DNA from: Reclinomonas americana ATCC 50394
Taxonomy: Eukaryota
Direction: 5' to 3'
DNA: 64,000 nt
NCBI GenBank assembly: GCA_048213135.1
Contig: PS015020.1
Coordinates: 448,218-512,217, forward strand
Part shown: positions 41,101 through 52,515 of the stretch, piece after piece
Layout of the letters: each line of letters starts with the position of its first letter
Numbering within the stretch: the stretch's first letter is position 1
Program-made: the position numbers and the translations under genes
The notes under the pieces: generated by a model
What the model was told of the DNA's origin: nothing
Seen by the model: the letters and a program-made list of their open reading frames with translations, nothing else
Database searches by the model: none

Positions 41101-44100
41101 AGCACTTGCGGCGGACATTCGCAGTCATGTGACACCGAAGGCGAGTGTGGACGAGGTTGCGTCGGAGAAGCGTGCACGGTCGAATGTGTTGGGCGAGCTG
41201 TCCAGGGTGCGTCTTGGGTGAAGTGCGTGGTGATGTTTCTGTTGCTGCATCGTCACTGAGTTGCATGCTTGTGTGTAGATCTCGGAGGGTGCTGGTGATG
41301 GCTTTTGTTGCGTCGCTCTCTTCCTCACCATAAGCTCCGCAGATGCCCATGCCTAACTATGCTGACTGTACAGCTCCACAAGCTCTGCAGTCGCGCGCCG
41401 CTCTGGCCAGCGAGTTGCATCGCAAGATCCCGGAGGCCGACGATGCCGGCACAGTGCCACCGTCTGCATTGGCGCATCGTGGAGACATGTTGCGCGATCT
41501 GACGGCGCATGTGGCGGCGGCTCCCAGTGATGATGAACTGCGACGCCGTGCCAATGCGCCAATGTTTACCGAGCTGCTGGGTGTTGCGTCTCTTTTGATT
41601 GATTGATTGATTGATTGTCGAGTGTTTGTGTCAATGTGACTGAAAATATGCATGCAGAGCGGTCAACTGCGAGCTGGTGGCGAGGACGATGTGCATGCGA
41701 TTCCACCGTCGTCGGTACGCTCACATCACCTGCTGGCGGATGAGATTCGGCATCGTGTTCCGGAGGTGGAGACGGCCGAGGCGTCGGCTGCTCCGTCTGC
41801 GCTGAAGGCCAAGGCGGCACTGGCAGCGGACATTCGCAGTCATGTGACACCGAAGGCGAGTGTGGACGAGGTTGCGTCGGAGAAGCGTGCACGGTCGAAT
41901 GTGTTGGGCGAGCTGTCCAGGGTGCGTCTTGGGTGAAGTGCGTGGTGATGTTTCTGTTGCTGCATCGTCACTGAGTTGCATGCTTGTGTGTAGATCTCGG
42001 AGGGTGCTGGTGACGGCTTTTGTTGCGTCTCTCTCTTGTTCACCGTGAGCTCAGCAGATGTTGTTGCCTGACCTTGTTTTATTGCACAGCTCCACAAGCT
42101 CTGCAGTCGCGCGCCGCTCTGGCCAGCGAGCTGCATCGCAAGATCCCGGAGGCCGACGATGCTGGCACAGTGCCACCGTCTGCATTGGCACACCGTGGAG
42201 ACATGTTGCGCGATCTGACGGCGCACGTGGCGGCGGCACCCAGTGATGATGAGCTGCGACGCCGTGCCAATGCGCCAATGTTTACCGAGCTGCTGGGAGT
42301 TGCGTTTCTTTTCATTGAATGATGAGGGTGTGTGTGTGTGGCATCCCTCGTTAATGTGACTGAAAAATGCATGCAGAGTGGTCAACTGCGAGCTGGTGGC
42401 GAGGATGATGTGCATGCGATTCCACCGTCGTCGGTGCGCTCACATCACCTGCTGGCGGATGAGATTCGGCATCGCGTTCCGGAGGTGGAGACGGCCGAGG
42501 CGTCAGCTGCTCCGTCTGCACTGAAGGCCAAGGCGGCACTGGCGGCGGACATTCGCAGTCATGTGACACCGAAGGCGAGTGTGGACGAGGTTGCGTCGGA
42601 GAAGCGTGCACGGTCGAATGTGTTGGGCGAGCTGTCCAGGGTTCGTCACTTGAAGCGTGTGGTGATGTTTCTGTTGCTGCATCGTCACTGAGTTGCATGC
42701 TTGTGTGCAGATTTCGGAGGGTGCTGGTGATGGCTTTTGTTGCGTCTCTCTCTTGTTCACCGTGAGCTCAGCAGATTTGTTGTTGTCTGACCTTGTTTTA
42801 TTGCACAGCTCCACAAGCTCTGCATTCGCGCGCCGCTCTGGCGAGTGAGTTGCACCGCAAGATTCCGGAGGCCGACGATGCTGGCACAGTGCCACCGTCC
42901 GCATTGGCACACCGTGGAGACATGTTGCGCGATCTGACGGCGCATGTGGCGGCGGCACCCAGTGATGATGAACTGCGGCGCCGTGCCAATGCTCCCGTAT
43001 TGAACGAAATCATGAGCGTTGCGTCGTTTTGTCGAGCAGGTCTGGTCGACCGACTTGTGTACTGATGGTGCTCGTGCTCAATAATAGGTCGGCGAGACCG
43101 GCGGCGAACGGGGAATCAATCCTTCGTCGGTGCGCTCGCATCACATGCTTGCTGATGAGATTCGTCATCGTGTGCCGGCTTCGCACGAGACCGGTGTGGT
43201 TGCTGCGCCATCCGCTGTTGTTGGCAAAGCATCCATTGGCGAAAGCATCAAGGCGACAGTGACCCCAACCGCCAGTGTGGATGAGGTTCGATATCTTGCC
43301 TTTTTGGCGACCATGCAATCGTCGTCATCGTTTACCGATTTGGTTCCCTGTTTGTGCAGATATCGGCCGAGCGGCGTGCACGAGGCAATGTGCTGGGCGA
43401 GCTGTCGCGGGTGCGCCACTGTCGGCACTCTCTGCTGTGCGTGTGTTATGAGTCGCCAACCTATGGGTGTGTGCACAGGCCTCCGAAGGAGCGGGTGAGG
43501 GTTTCGCTCCGGAGGCACTCCGCCAGCACCACAAACTCGGCTCCGAGGTCGAACGCGTGGCTGGTGCTGCGCCTTCGGCTCTGCGCAGTCACCATGTGGC
43601 GCTGGATGAGCTGAAGCAGCGTGTGCCAGTGGCGCCCGACGCCCAAGAGACTCGCCGACGTGCGAACAGTGATCTCTTTGTGGAGCTCTCGAGTGTTGCG
43701 TTGCATGTGTGTCTGTGCAGCGAACACACCCCGTCTCACTTGGTGTTGATTGATGCAGACGGCGTCCAACTTTGAGCCGGGTACTACGGTGCGCGCATGC
43801 ATGCGCTGACATGGAAGCAGAAGAGAATATCGCATCCCTCACTCGAATGGTTTTCTGTTTTTCTTCTGTTCCCATCTGTGCAGTTGGTGCCATCCATGAT
43901 CACGGCGCACGCCCACCTGGCACACGAGCTCACTCGTCGCGTTGCGTTTTTTTGCGACCCTTGTCGTTTTACCGCATCTGGCGGGTGTGTGTGTGCAATA
44001 CCAGCCAACAAGCACTGTGTCACATGCGACAGGTACCTGTGGCCAGCGCTGACGGCGGACACCTTCCATCGCCCTCTGCTCTTGTACACAAGAATCAGCT

Positions 44101-44252
44101 GGCACAGGAAGTTCGATCGAGTGTGCCCCGTGTGCCCTCCACTGTCGGCGGTAGCGCTAGTGCCGCAGGAGTTTCGTGATTGATTCTTGTTGTGCCCTGA
44201 TTCTAGACATGCGCATGCTCATTTTCCCCCGCCACAGACGCCAGTGGAATGA
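38151..44252 (+). CDS. Large uncharacterised helical-repeat protein (about 28-aa PSAL..LAxEL.R.VP repeats)
   Basis: In-frame exon chain from MSEQTAG. Repeats such as PSSVRSHHLLADEIRHRVP, PQALQSRAALASELHRKIP and PSALVHKNQLAQEVRSSVP. Ends TPVE* if the last intron (44171-44237) is spliced, otherwise at 44179. Confidence 0.75.
39159..43024 (+). repeat. Intragenic tandem array of about 5.5 units of 700-720 bp (3 exons + 3 introns per unit)
   Basis: Homologous exon starts at 39253, 39958, 40659, 41374, 42090 and 42809. Exons of 209+264+28 nt give 167 codons per unit. Confidence 0.95.
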
Positions 44253-44564
44253 GTTCATCGGCACTTTGTAGCAACACCACACACACTTGCAGGGTGGCAG
44301 CTGTGGATGTACAAGAAAAACAACAGCAACACAAAAGAGAGAAACAGTCAGTCAGTCTGCAGCAGGGGGGCATCCGCAACAAAACAGCAACATCATTGTA
44401 CAGAACGAACGATGCTCCCTACCCAACATCAGTGCATAGCAGATCATGTGTCTCCCGCGCGCCTGTGTGTGTCCGGATCTCAACAGCGGCGGTATCGACA
44501 TCAAAGATACACTCGCGTGCGGTCGTCCCACTCCGCATTCGCACGGTTTTGTTGTGACAAGCCA

Positions 44565-46397
44565 ATGCGACCACGTATAGTCACCACCGCAGCGTCTCCC
44601 TCAGACGCACCACACCGCCGCCGCATCAGCAGCAGTGAGTCACCCGTGGCCAACCGCCACTCACTCACCCTGCTCGATGACTCGGCCAGCCCGAGCCCGA
44701 GTGATCTCCACTCTGATGTCTCCATGGACCTCTCGCCCAACACCTTCAACACCATGGTGGTCACTGCTGCTCGCCAGGCAGCCACACAGCGCAGAGGTGT
44801 GTGATTGCTGCGCGTGCGCGATGATCATCATCATCTCAATGATTGATTGCTATACAGTAGCAGCAGCAGCGGCCGCAGCAGCTGACTTGTCGCCCATGGA
44901 GGACGCTGCTATGCGAGACAGTGCACCACTGGTGCTGTCGTCTCAGCAGCAGCAACAGCAGCAGAGAACAGCATCGCGAGGGGATGTGGAGTCAACGCCG
45001 CCTTCTTCACCTGTATTGCGTGCCTCGGCGAGTGCTAGTGGCGCATCTCCGGCGCAGCAATTCTCGCCGCAGGTGCCACCGTATAAGCAGGTGTTTGGGT
45101 CGTCGTTTGTGGTGCGGCACTTCAAGGCGCGCGACAACGCGCAGTGCTTTGAGCTGTGGCGCGCGCATACGTGGCGATTGGTGCCCATGTTGATGCGACG
45201 GGCGGTGTGGAGCGCGCCCTTTGCGAAGCGCTATGTGGGGCTGGTGCTGGTGGCCTGGGCCGCGATGATGTGGTGGAATGTTGCGGGCGCGCGCGGGTGG
45301 GGGGGGACGCATTGGGGAGATCCTTTCTTTCCGTGTACGATTCTGTCTACACTACGCGTGCCTGTTCCTGTGAGCTCTTCCTTTGTGTATCACGGTGTAG
45401 TGCTTCACCACGGTGATGAGATGCTTTTGTTGGCACCCGCGGCCAACAACTCATTTTGTTTCACCATTTCTGGAACGGGAAACGGGAAGGTTTCACTCTC
45501 TCTCGTACTCGTACTCACTTCCTCGTGTCCTTTCTCTTCTTTCGTGCAGGTGTCATTCGCTGGTGCGGTGTCGGTGGTGACAATTGGTGTGGCCTCGCTT
45601 TGGGTGTATTCGTGGCTGTCACTGCGGTCGATGCTTGGACAGGCCATCATGGAGGTAACCGAGCGCGAACTGGGAGACATTATGGTGCGTGTGGCGTGGG
45701 TGTTGAGGTGCGATGTGCGTTGCCGCGTACATACTCACCTTTGACGGGGGGGAACAAACAAACAGACGTACTTCCAAGTGGCGTGGGGCCCACATGCCAT
45801 CTCTGCGCCACCCGGTTTTGAGACGACTGCCCAGAACGTGCCACAAGACCGCAAGCTACGGCACTTCTGGGTTGCCGAGGAGAATGGTGCCATTATCGGC
45901 ATGATTGGCTTGCACGAGTTTCGCGATCGGTGAGTGAATTTAGTGTGCCACGTGAGCGACATGGGCGCGGGCCTCTGACTGTGTTTTCGTCGGGCAGACC
46001 TGCGGAGCACAGGCGGCCGCTGTTCACCGAGCTGAGCACCACAAGTGGCGAGATTGTGCGCCTGACATGTGACTCGTCGCGACCCGACGTCACCAAGGTG
46101 CTGTACGAGCAGCTGCTGGAGACGGCGGAGACCATGGCACCCATCATGGGCTTCGAGACGTTGGATGTTCGCACCGCGAATCCCGATCTCGTTGCCGTGC
46201 TGAAGGAGCACGATTACGCGGTGCTGGCGGAGACTGTAGTGTTGCGTTCTTTTGTGTGACGCCTGGTGCTCCCACTTGATCACTGACTGACACGTCGACG
46301 CAGCGGGCCTCTGACGGCCTTCCGCTTGCAGAAGCGCATCGATATGAAGCGGTATCAGGAGGTGGTCGCCGACTTTATCCGCAAGAACACCAGATAA
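44565..46397 (+). CDS. Membrane-anchored GNAT N-acetyltransferase, NAT8/Camello-like
   Basis: FVVRHFKARD, a hydrophobic hairpin, ELGDIMTYF, HFWVAEENGAIIGMIGL and GEIVRL. Six exons; stop at 46395-46397. Confidence 0.7.
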
Positions 46398-46466
46398 TCA
46401 GCACAGAAGCGGGTGCAGACAGAGTGTACTTTTTGTGAGTGAGAGGGTGAGAGAAGAGACGACGGA

Positions 46467-47052
46467 ATGAACGGTGATGGTCCCCGTGCCCTGCGAGTGC
46501 ATAGCATTCAATCAGACAAGTCGCCGGGGAGCGGGGAGAGGGATATGTCGGCGTTTGCCAAGTTCCTGCAGAGTGCCATGGGCAGTGGCACGCTGCCAGT
46601 GGCTCCCACAACCCCAGTGGCGGCAAGTGTGAGTGCAGCGCGCGAGAGCATTCTTCCGTTGAAAAGTTGTCACCACTGAGATTGCATCGTCGCAGAGTGC
46701 AACTGCTGCTCTCTCCACTGTCACTGGTGATGCAGTAGCAGAGGCATTGTGGGCAGAGAGTGCAACTGTGCGGAAACATGACGAGGAGGAGGAGGAGGTG
46801 AATGCGCGTGTGCGTCTGGTGAAGAGGTGGCGACGATTGCAACGGCGACTGCAACGATCGTTCAACGCTCTGTTGCTGACGGATGGTGGTGGTGGTGGTG
46901 GTGGTGGTGACGATGAGGAGGGGCGACAAGGGAGGAGCGAGGCGATGCGAACGCTGTTGCGGGCGATCAGGGCGACGCGGTTCATGGAGCGAGAGGTCGA
47001 CGATCGGAAGGAGTGGAGATTGTTTGGTGAGGACAGAGGAGTGAGGGTGTGA
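46467..47052 (+). CDS. Possible small two-exon hypothetical protein
   Basis: ORFs 46467-46665 and 46736-47052 join in frame through a 70-nt GT-AG intron. No recognisable domain, and it starts only about 70 nt after the previous stop. Confidence 0.3.
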
Positions 47053-47342
47053 TGAGAAGGGTCGGGTGCTAATGAGTTGCACAGGTACCATGGTGACGAT
47101 TTACTTGCTGGTGAACCGTCTGGCGAGGAGGTGACAGTGAGCGCGAATGCATGTCGAGCCAAAGAGCCAGAGAGACAAGACACAAGTCTCGACCAGACAA
47201 CAGCTCCAACATAGTGCTGAGCTGAGCTGGCGACCAAAGGAATGCTCAATCAAACGCCGTTGACAATAAAAGAACGGTTCGGGAATGGGATTCTTCATTG
47301 CAGTGCTTCATCGCAAGAGTCACACTGGGGAGGTGTGCGCTC

Positions 47343-50300
47343 TTACAACTCGGCAAGCACCTGGTGAATGACGTCGAGGGCGTGCGAACGCACAATCTCG
47401 GCCGTCTCCTCACCCCAGAACGAAAGCAGACCCTCGTAGCCGCCAAGGTTGTAGTCGGCGGGCGGGGCAAAGTAGCCCATGTGGTCCTGTGAGTAGCCAA
47501 ACAGGTATGTGGTGTTGTAGCCGAGCTTCAGCGTGTCATTGCGGATTTCGTAGCCTGAACGAGATGGAATGCGTGTGAGGGAGACGAGGAAGCGCACAGG
47601 GAGAGAAGTGCAGGGGGTTGCGTACCGAGGTCAAGCAGCGGCTCTGTGAACGCACAAGCCACCACCAATATGAGTCACGACTCGAAGAGAGAGAGAGAGA
47701 GGCAGGCAAGAAGGTGACTCACCGCCAGGCAGGGTGACCATCAGCGACTGGACGCCGTTGACGTTCCAGTGAATGGCAGTGAAGCTGCAATGAGTATCGC
47801 GTAAGAGACAATCCCTTTGTGTCGAAACTCTTACTCCCACTCACCGAGGAGTGTTCTCGACCCAGTCGCCACCGAGGTGAATGTTGGCGTCGCACTTCAG
47901 GATCTGCGCAACAATCGGTTAGAGGTCTGCGGAAAAAACACTGCACTGATGTGTTGCTTGACGTGCCTTGCAAATGGCGCAAATGTCGAGCTCGCCACCG
48001 TGCTTGCAGTCGGTGCCGAGACGCTCGAGGGTCAGGTTCAGGTCTGCGGACGCCGTGTCACGTGTCAGGCAAAAAAACACACAACACTGGCATCCCTCGC
48101 AAGCGACAACTGGCTCAACTGGTCGGGCCAAAGTCGACGACCTTGCTGGCGACGTGGAAGTCGATCGAAGTGGTGGTGGGGATGCTGGCGCGCGTCTCAA
48201 TTACCTTTTGCGCAATGACCGTGGAACCAGAGAAGTTCGGGGCACCGCGGCACGACTCGTCGCTCGGGTCAATGTCACCGGCATCGCTACGACAACAAAC
48301 ATCAGTGTGTGAGAGGGAGAGGGAAGAAAGAGAAACACAGGGCGGTTATTGTTGGGTACGCAACGCATTGGCTGCGCACACAAAGAAGCAAGTCAGTGTC
48401 GGTCAAGGAGATGGTGACACACGGGCGAGAAAAAAGCACAAACCGAACAGGGCCACGCCGCCAATCATGCGCTCGATGGTGATGGAGGCCACACCGGCGA
48501 TATCGCCAGAGGTCTTCATGTTCTCCGGGCCGTAGCAAGTGCTGTGTGGAAACAGATGAGAATTCTGCTTTCCAAGAATTAAAAAACAAAAGAAGCAGAC
48601 CCGTGAGTGGCAAAGTTCCACAGCGTGGCAATCGGGGTGCCGTCCAGGCGGTCGACGCGGATGATGCCTGTGGGGGGGTAAGAAGTGAGCACATGTGGTC
48701 GATGAGGGGTCGCAAGAATGAAAAAAAGAAAGCTCACCGAGGTGCGGGTCAATGGAGTCGGGGTGCAACCAGGGTGTGATGTTGGCGCGACGGTTGCGGG
48801 TGACTCCGAGAAGCTCGCCCATGCCCATGCCGAAGCGCACCGGGGCAACATTCTACGTGGGGGGAGACAGTGATGAGAGAGATGGTGTGAAGAGAAGACG
48901 GAAGCGCAAGACGCAACGTTCCACGCGCCCATCATGGCAGCCGCCAATGAGCTGGCCATTTGCACACGGACGCTCTTGACCAGCAAGTCAGTCGCCGGAG
49001 CGAGCTCCCACAGTCTGCGAGACGGGGGGAAAAGGGTGAGCGGTGGACTCGTGCGAGTGGAGGACGGTGTGGAGGAAGGAGAGAAAGTAACCTCTCGGAG
49101 GAGATGGCACCGGGGCCAGAGTGCGAGTGCGAGCCCGACAGAATAATGTTGTCGCCAGTCAACGGGAAGCCCTGCTCGCGCGCAAACGCGATGGCATCCT
49201 GGAGGAGGCCGCCGTCGGCGCCAATGGCGTCAATGGTGACAAAGCAGATTTGCTCAATGCCGTTGTCAATGAAGAGGGCGCGAGCGTAGGTCGGCTGACA
49301 AACAAGTGAGGGGAAAAGGAGGAAGATGGGGTGGGGCGGGGTGGGGTGGGGAAAGGGAGGTACCTCGAGCACGCCGACAGACGGCATCATGAACGTCGTG
49401 TACTGTGGGGAGAGTGATGAGCGAAGGAGGAGGTGGGTCGAAGGGAATTAGGGGGGAAGACGCACGTCCTTGATGTCGGGGATCGGCCAGTTTGGCACGC
49501 GGCGCTGTCCGTGGTTGTAGCCTGTGGAGGGCGGAGAGGGGGGAGGGGGTGGGGGAGATGATGAGAGGGTGGAGAAAGGGCAACGGGAAGGTGGAGAGAA
49601 AAGGGACAGGGAGGAGAGAGGGTGGGGGTGGGAAAGGAGAAGCAGAAGACGAAGACTGGAGCAGAACGACGCCACGACGAGCAACGAGCAAACGAGGACA
49701 AGACAGTTGCATCTGAAGGCACAGAGAGAGACAGAAAGAAAGCGATAGAATGCAACAAGAGAGTGAGACCAAGCAGCGCCGAAAGACTCGGCTCGGAATG
49801 CAAACGATGGCATCATGGAAAGGACAGAGAGTGTAAGAGAGACAAAGCAAATGAAACGACGAGTGGGAGGCAGCAACAGGAGACTGAGTGAGTGAGAGAG
49901 AGAGAGAGAAAGAGAGAGAGACGGCAACTGGAGAGCAAGAGGCAGCAACAGGAGAGTGAGACGGAAGAGCGCCGAAAGACTCAGATCGTGAAAGACTCGG
50001 AATGCAGCTCGGATCATGATACCGATTACAGTGCATAACAACTCCCAGTCCCCCAACAAACTCACCAGCCAGCGGCACACCAATCGGCAACTCCGCATCG
50101 ACCTTGGCCGCACCCGCACGCACCGTGCCCGCCGCAAACACCTGCTCCACCTCCTCACTCACATCGCCGTTATCGTCGACAACATTCACTCCGTTGCCAT
50201 TCGAAACAACCAACATCTTGCGCAAACGCTCAATGCCAGCAGCCATGTCGTTGATCAGAGTCGCTTCGTTGGTGTTCTGGGAACACATACAAAAAAGAAG

Positions 50301-50695
50301 ATGAGGAAAATTGCACCGTGAAAAGTTGCAAGCAACATGATACACACACACACACANNNNNNNNNNNNNNNNNNNNNNNNNNNNNNNNNNNNNNNNNNNN
50401 NNNNNNNNNNNNNNNNNNNNNNNNNNNNNNNNNNNNNNNNNNNNNNNNNNNNNNNNNNNNNNNNNNNNNNNNNNNNNNNNNNNNNNNNNNNNNNNNNNNN
50501 NNNNNNNNNNNNNNNNNNNNNNNNNNNNNNNNNNNNNNNNNNNNNNNNNNNNNNNNNNNNNNNNNNNNNNNNNNNNNNNNNNNNNNNNNNNNNNNNNNNN
50601 NNNNNNNNNNNNNNNNNNNNNNNNNNNNNNNNNNNNNNNNNNNNNNNNNNNNNNNNNNNNNNNNNNNNNNNNNNNNNNNNNNNNNNNNNNNNNNN

Positions 50696-50775
<80 letters not shown>

Positions 50776-51211
50776 AAACACACAAACACACACTTGCACA
50801 CACAAACCATGAAAATTGCACCATGAGCTTAACGCCCATTACTCACACTTGCTCTTTCACACACATACACACTTGCACACACTTGCTCACTCACTCTCCA
50901 GTGCATAAACGCGTGCCTCTTCTCTCACTCTCGGAACAATCAGACACGCGACTCTCACGCACCTCCTTGTCTGCGTCCTTCTCCTCTGCCTCTGCCTCCT
51001 CCTCGCGATGCTTGTGGTGCATGCGGTGATGGTGGTGGTGGTGACCGCGTGCGTCACGCAGTTGCTTGCGGTGGTGGTGGTGGTGGTGATGGTGGACATC
51101 ATCACCATCGTCCTCGTTGTCGTGACGGTGGTGGTGCTTGTGCGCAGTGGTCACGTGCAGCACAAGGATGAGTGCAAGGGCGACGAGCGCCACGACTGCC
51201 GCCAAACGCAT
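47343..51211 (-). CDS. Neutral/alkaline non-lysosomal ceramidase with signal peptide and His-rich N-terminal extension
   Basis: GVPLAGY, YARAL, ILSGSHSHSGPG, NRR, WNFATHGT, SGDIAG, FANADAGDIDP, TLPGEP and GYSQDHMGY..YNLGGYE motifs. First exon 51211-50963 lies across the N-gap. Confidence 0.88.
50357..50695. other. Assembly gap within a (CA)n microsatellite in ceramidase intron 1
   Basis: N run flanked by CA repeats. Confidence 1.
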
Positions 51212-51990
51212 TCTCTGCGTGTGGTGTGGTGAAAACGTGGGGGTCGTCGTGTCCTGTCAATACTTCCGATGACGTTCGTGCGACCGTGTGTGCAGAGAGG
51301 CGGCCGTGAGTGTGCGATAAGATGGGCGAGGAGTCTGGCGCCGAGCTGATGAGCGGCTTGCGTGTTTCCACGTGTGAAGTTGATCACATGCACAGGACAT
51401 TGCGCAGTGAGTCGTGTGGTCATTGTGGAAGCTTTCCAGTTGCGAAAACGTGATCGCCGGCCTCTGTACTCCACCGTCCGAGTAATGCCTTGGCAATTGT
51501 GGCGTCGGAGACGGTGTGGACAACTGATCACCAATTCGGACGTCGACATGCAGGTCACCGGCAGCACGCCATTGGCCAGCAGCGTGCGGTAGCTGTGCAA
51601 GATGCTGCGTACGACCGGGTCCTGGTGTCGTGTGCGTGGGGAAGCTGCAGGGGCCGTTTCCAGATGCGATCCATCGCGACGTCGATATCAAAAACGCTGA
51701 CCCGCAGCTGCAGCTGTCTTTGTGGCCAACAAACATCGACACCAGCACAGCAATCGTGACGGTAGCGGGCAGGTTTCCTTGCGCGGGTGTGTTCGCTCTC
51801 GGAACTTCACAAATTCGAACACGTCGCGAACAGCGATATTGACTCGCCTGCGCAGCTGCAGCTCACCTCGCAGCAAGTAACTCACACGCAGATGTGCACC
51901 TCCTTCGCCTTCCACTGCAAGCCAAGCGTCAGCTGAGCAACTAAACTGCCATCCATTCCGTTCATTCACCCACTCACCCACTCGCCCATC

Positions 51991-52461
51991 ATGTCGCTGC
52001 GCCGAGGCTCTCCCATGCACCTCTTCGCCGCGCTGCACGCGCTCTCCGCCGGCCTCTTCTTCCTCATCCCCGACCTCCTCCTCCCCGGCGGCATCGCCTC
52101 CATGCCCTTCATCGACCTCATGATGCCGGCGTCCGCCATCCACACCCTCGCCACCGACGCCACCGCGCGCTACTTCTTCCACTTCTCGCTCATGTTCGTC
52201 ACACTCGTGCTGCCGATCGGCTACGCAGCGCCCTTCTTTGACCGCTCGCAGTACGCGTTCATTGTGGCCGGCTTGCTCGGAAAGGTCGCGTTTCTGTGCA
52301 TTGCCGCCAATGCCTGCGTGCGTGGCACACTGCTGTGGCCGATGTTTGTACTGGCCGCGCCTGATGCGCTGTGGGTGGTGCTGTTTGCGCGCGATTTGGT
52401 CATGAATGGCACGGGCAAGCCGCACGAGGAGAAGAACAAGGAGAAGAAGAAGAGCAAGTGA
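51991..52461 (+). CDS. Small intronless multi-pass membrane protein of unknown function
   Basis: 156-aa ORF with a strong C/G third-position bias, about four hydrophobic segments and a Lys-rich tail (KEKKKSK). Confidence 0.65.
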   Translation: MSLRRGSPMHLFAALHALSAGLFFLIPDLLLPGGIASMPFIDLMMPASAIHTLATDATARYFFHFSLMFVTLVLPIGYAAPFFDRSQYAFIVAGLLGKVAFLCIAANACVRGTLLWPMFVLAAPDALWVVLFARDLVMNGTGKPHEEKNKEKKKSK

Positions 52462-52515
52462 AAATTCTGCTGTGTGCTGCTGTGTGAGGAGAGGAGAGAG
52501 TGGGGAGTGGTCCTC

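Noticed and set aside
39159-43024. Array considered as CRISPR, a transposon array or a tandem gene family
   Set aside because: No unique spacers, terminal repeats or per-unit start/stop codons; the units splice into one continuous reading frame.
51362-51842. GC-rich, coding-like intergenic segment
   Set aside because: Short interrupted frames with no domain recognised; cannot support a gene or pseudogene call.
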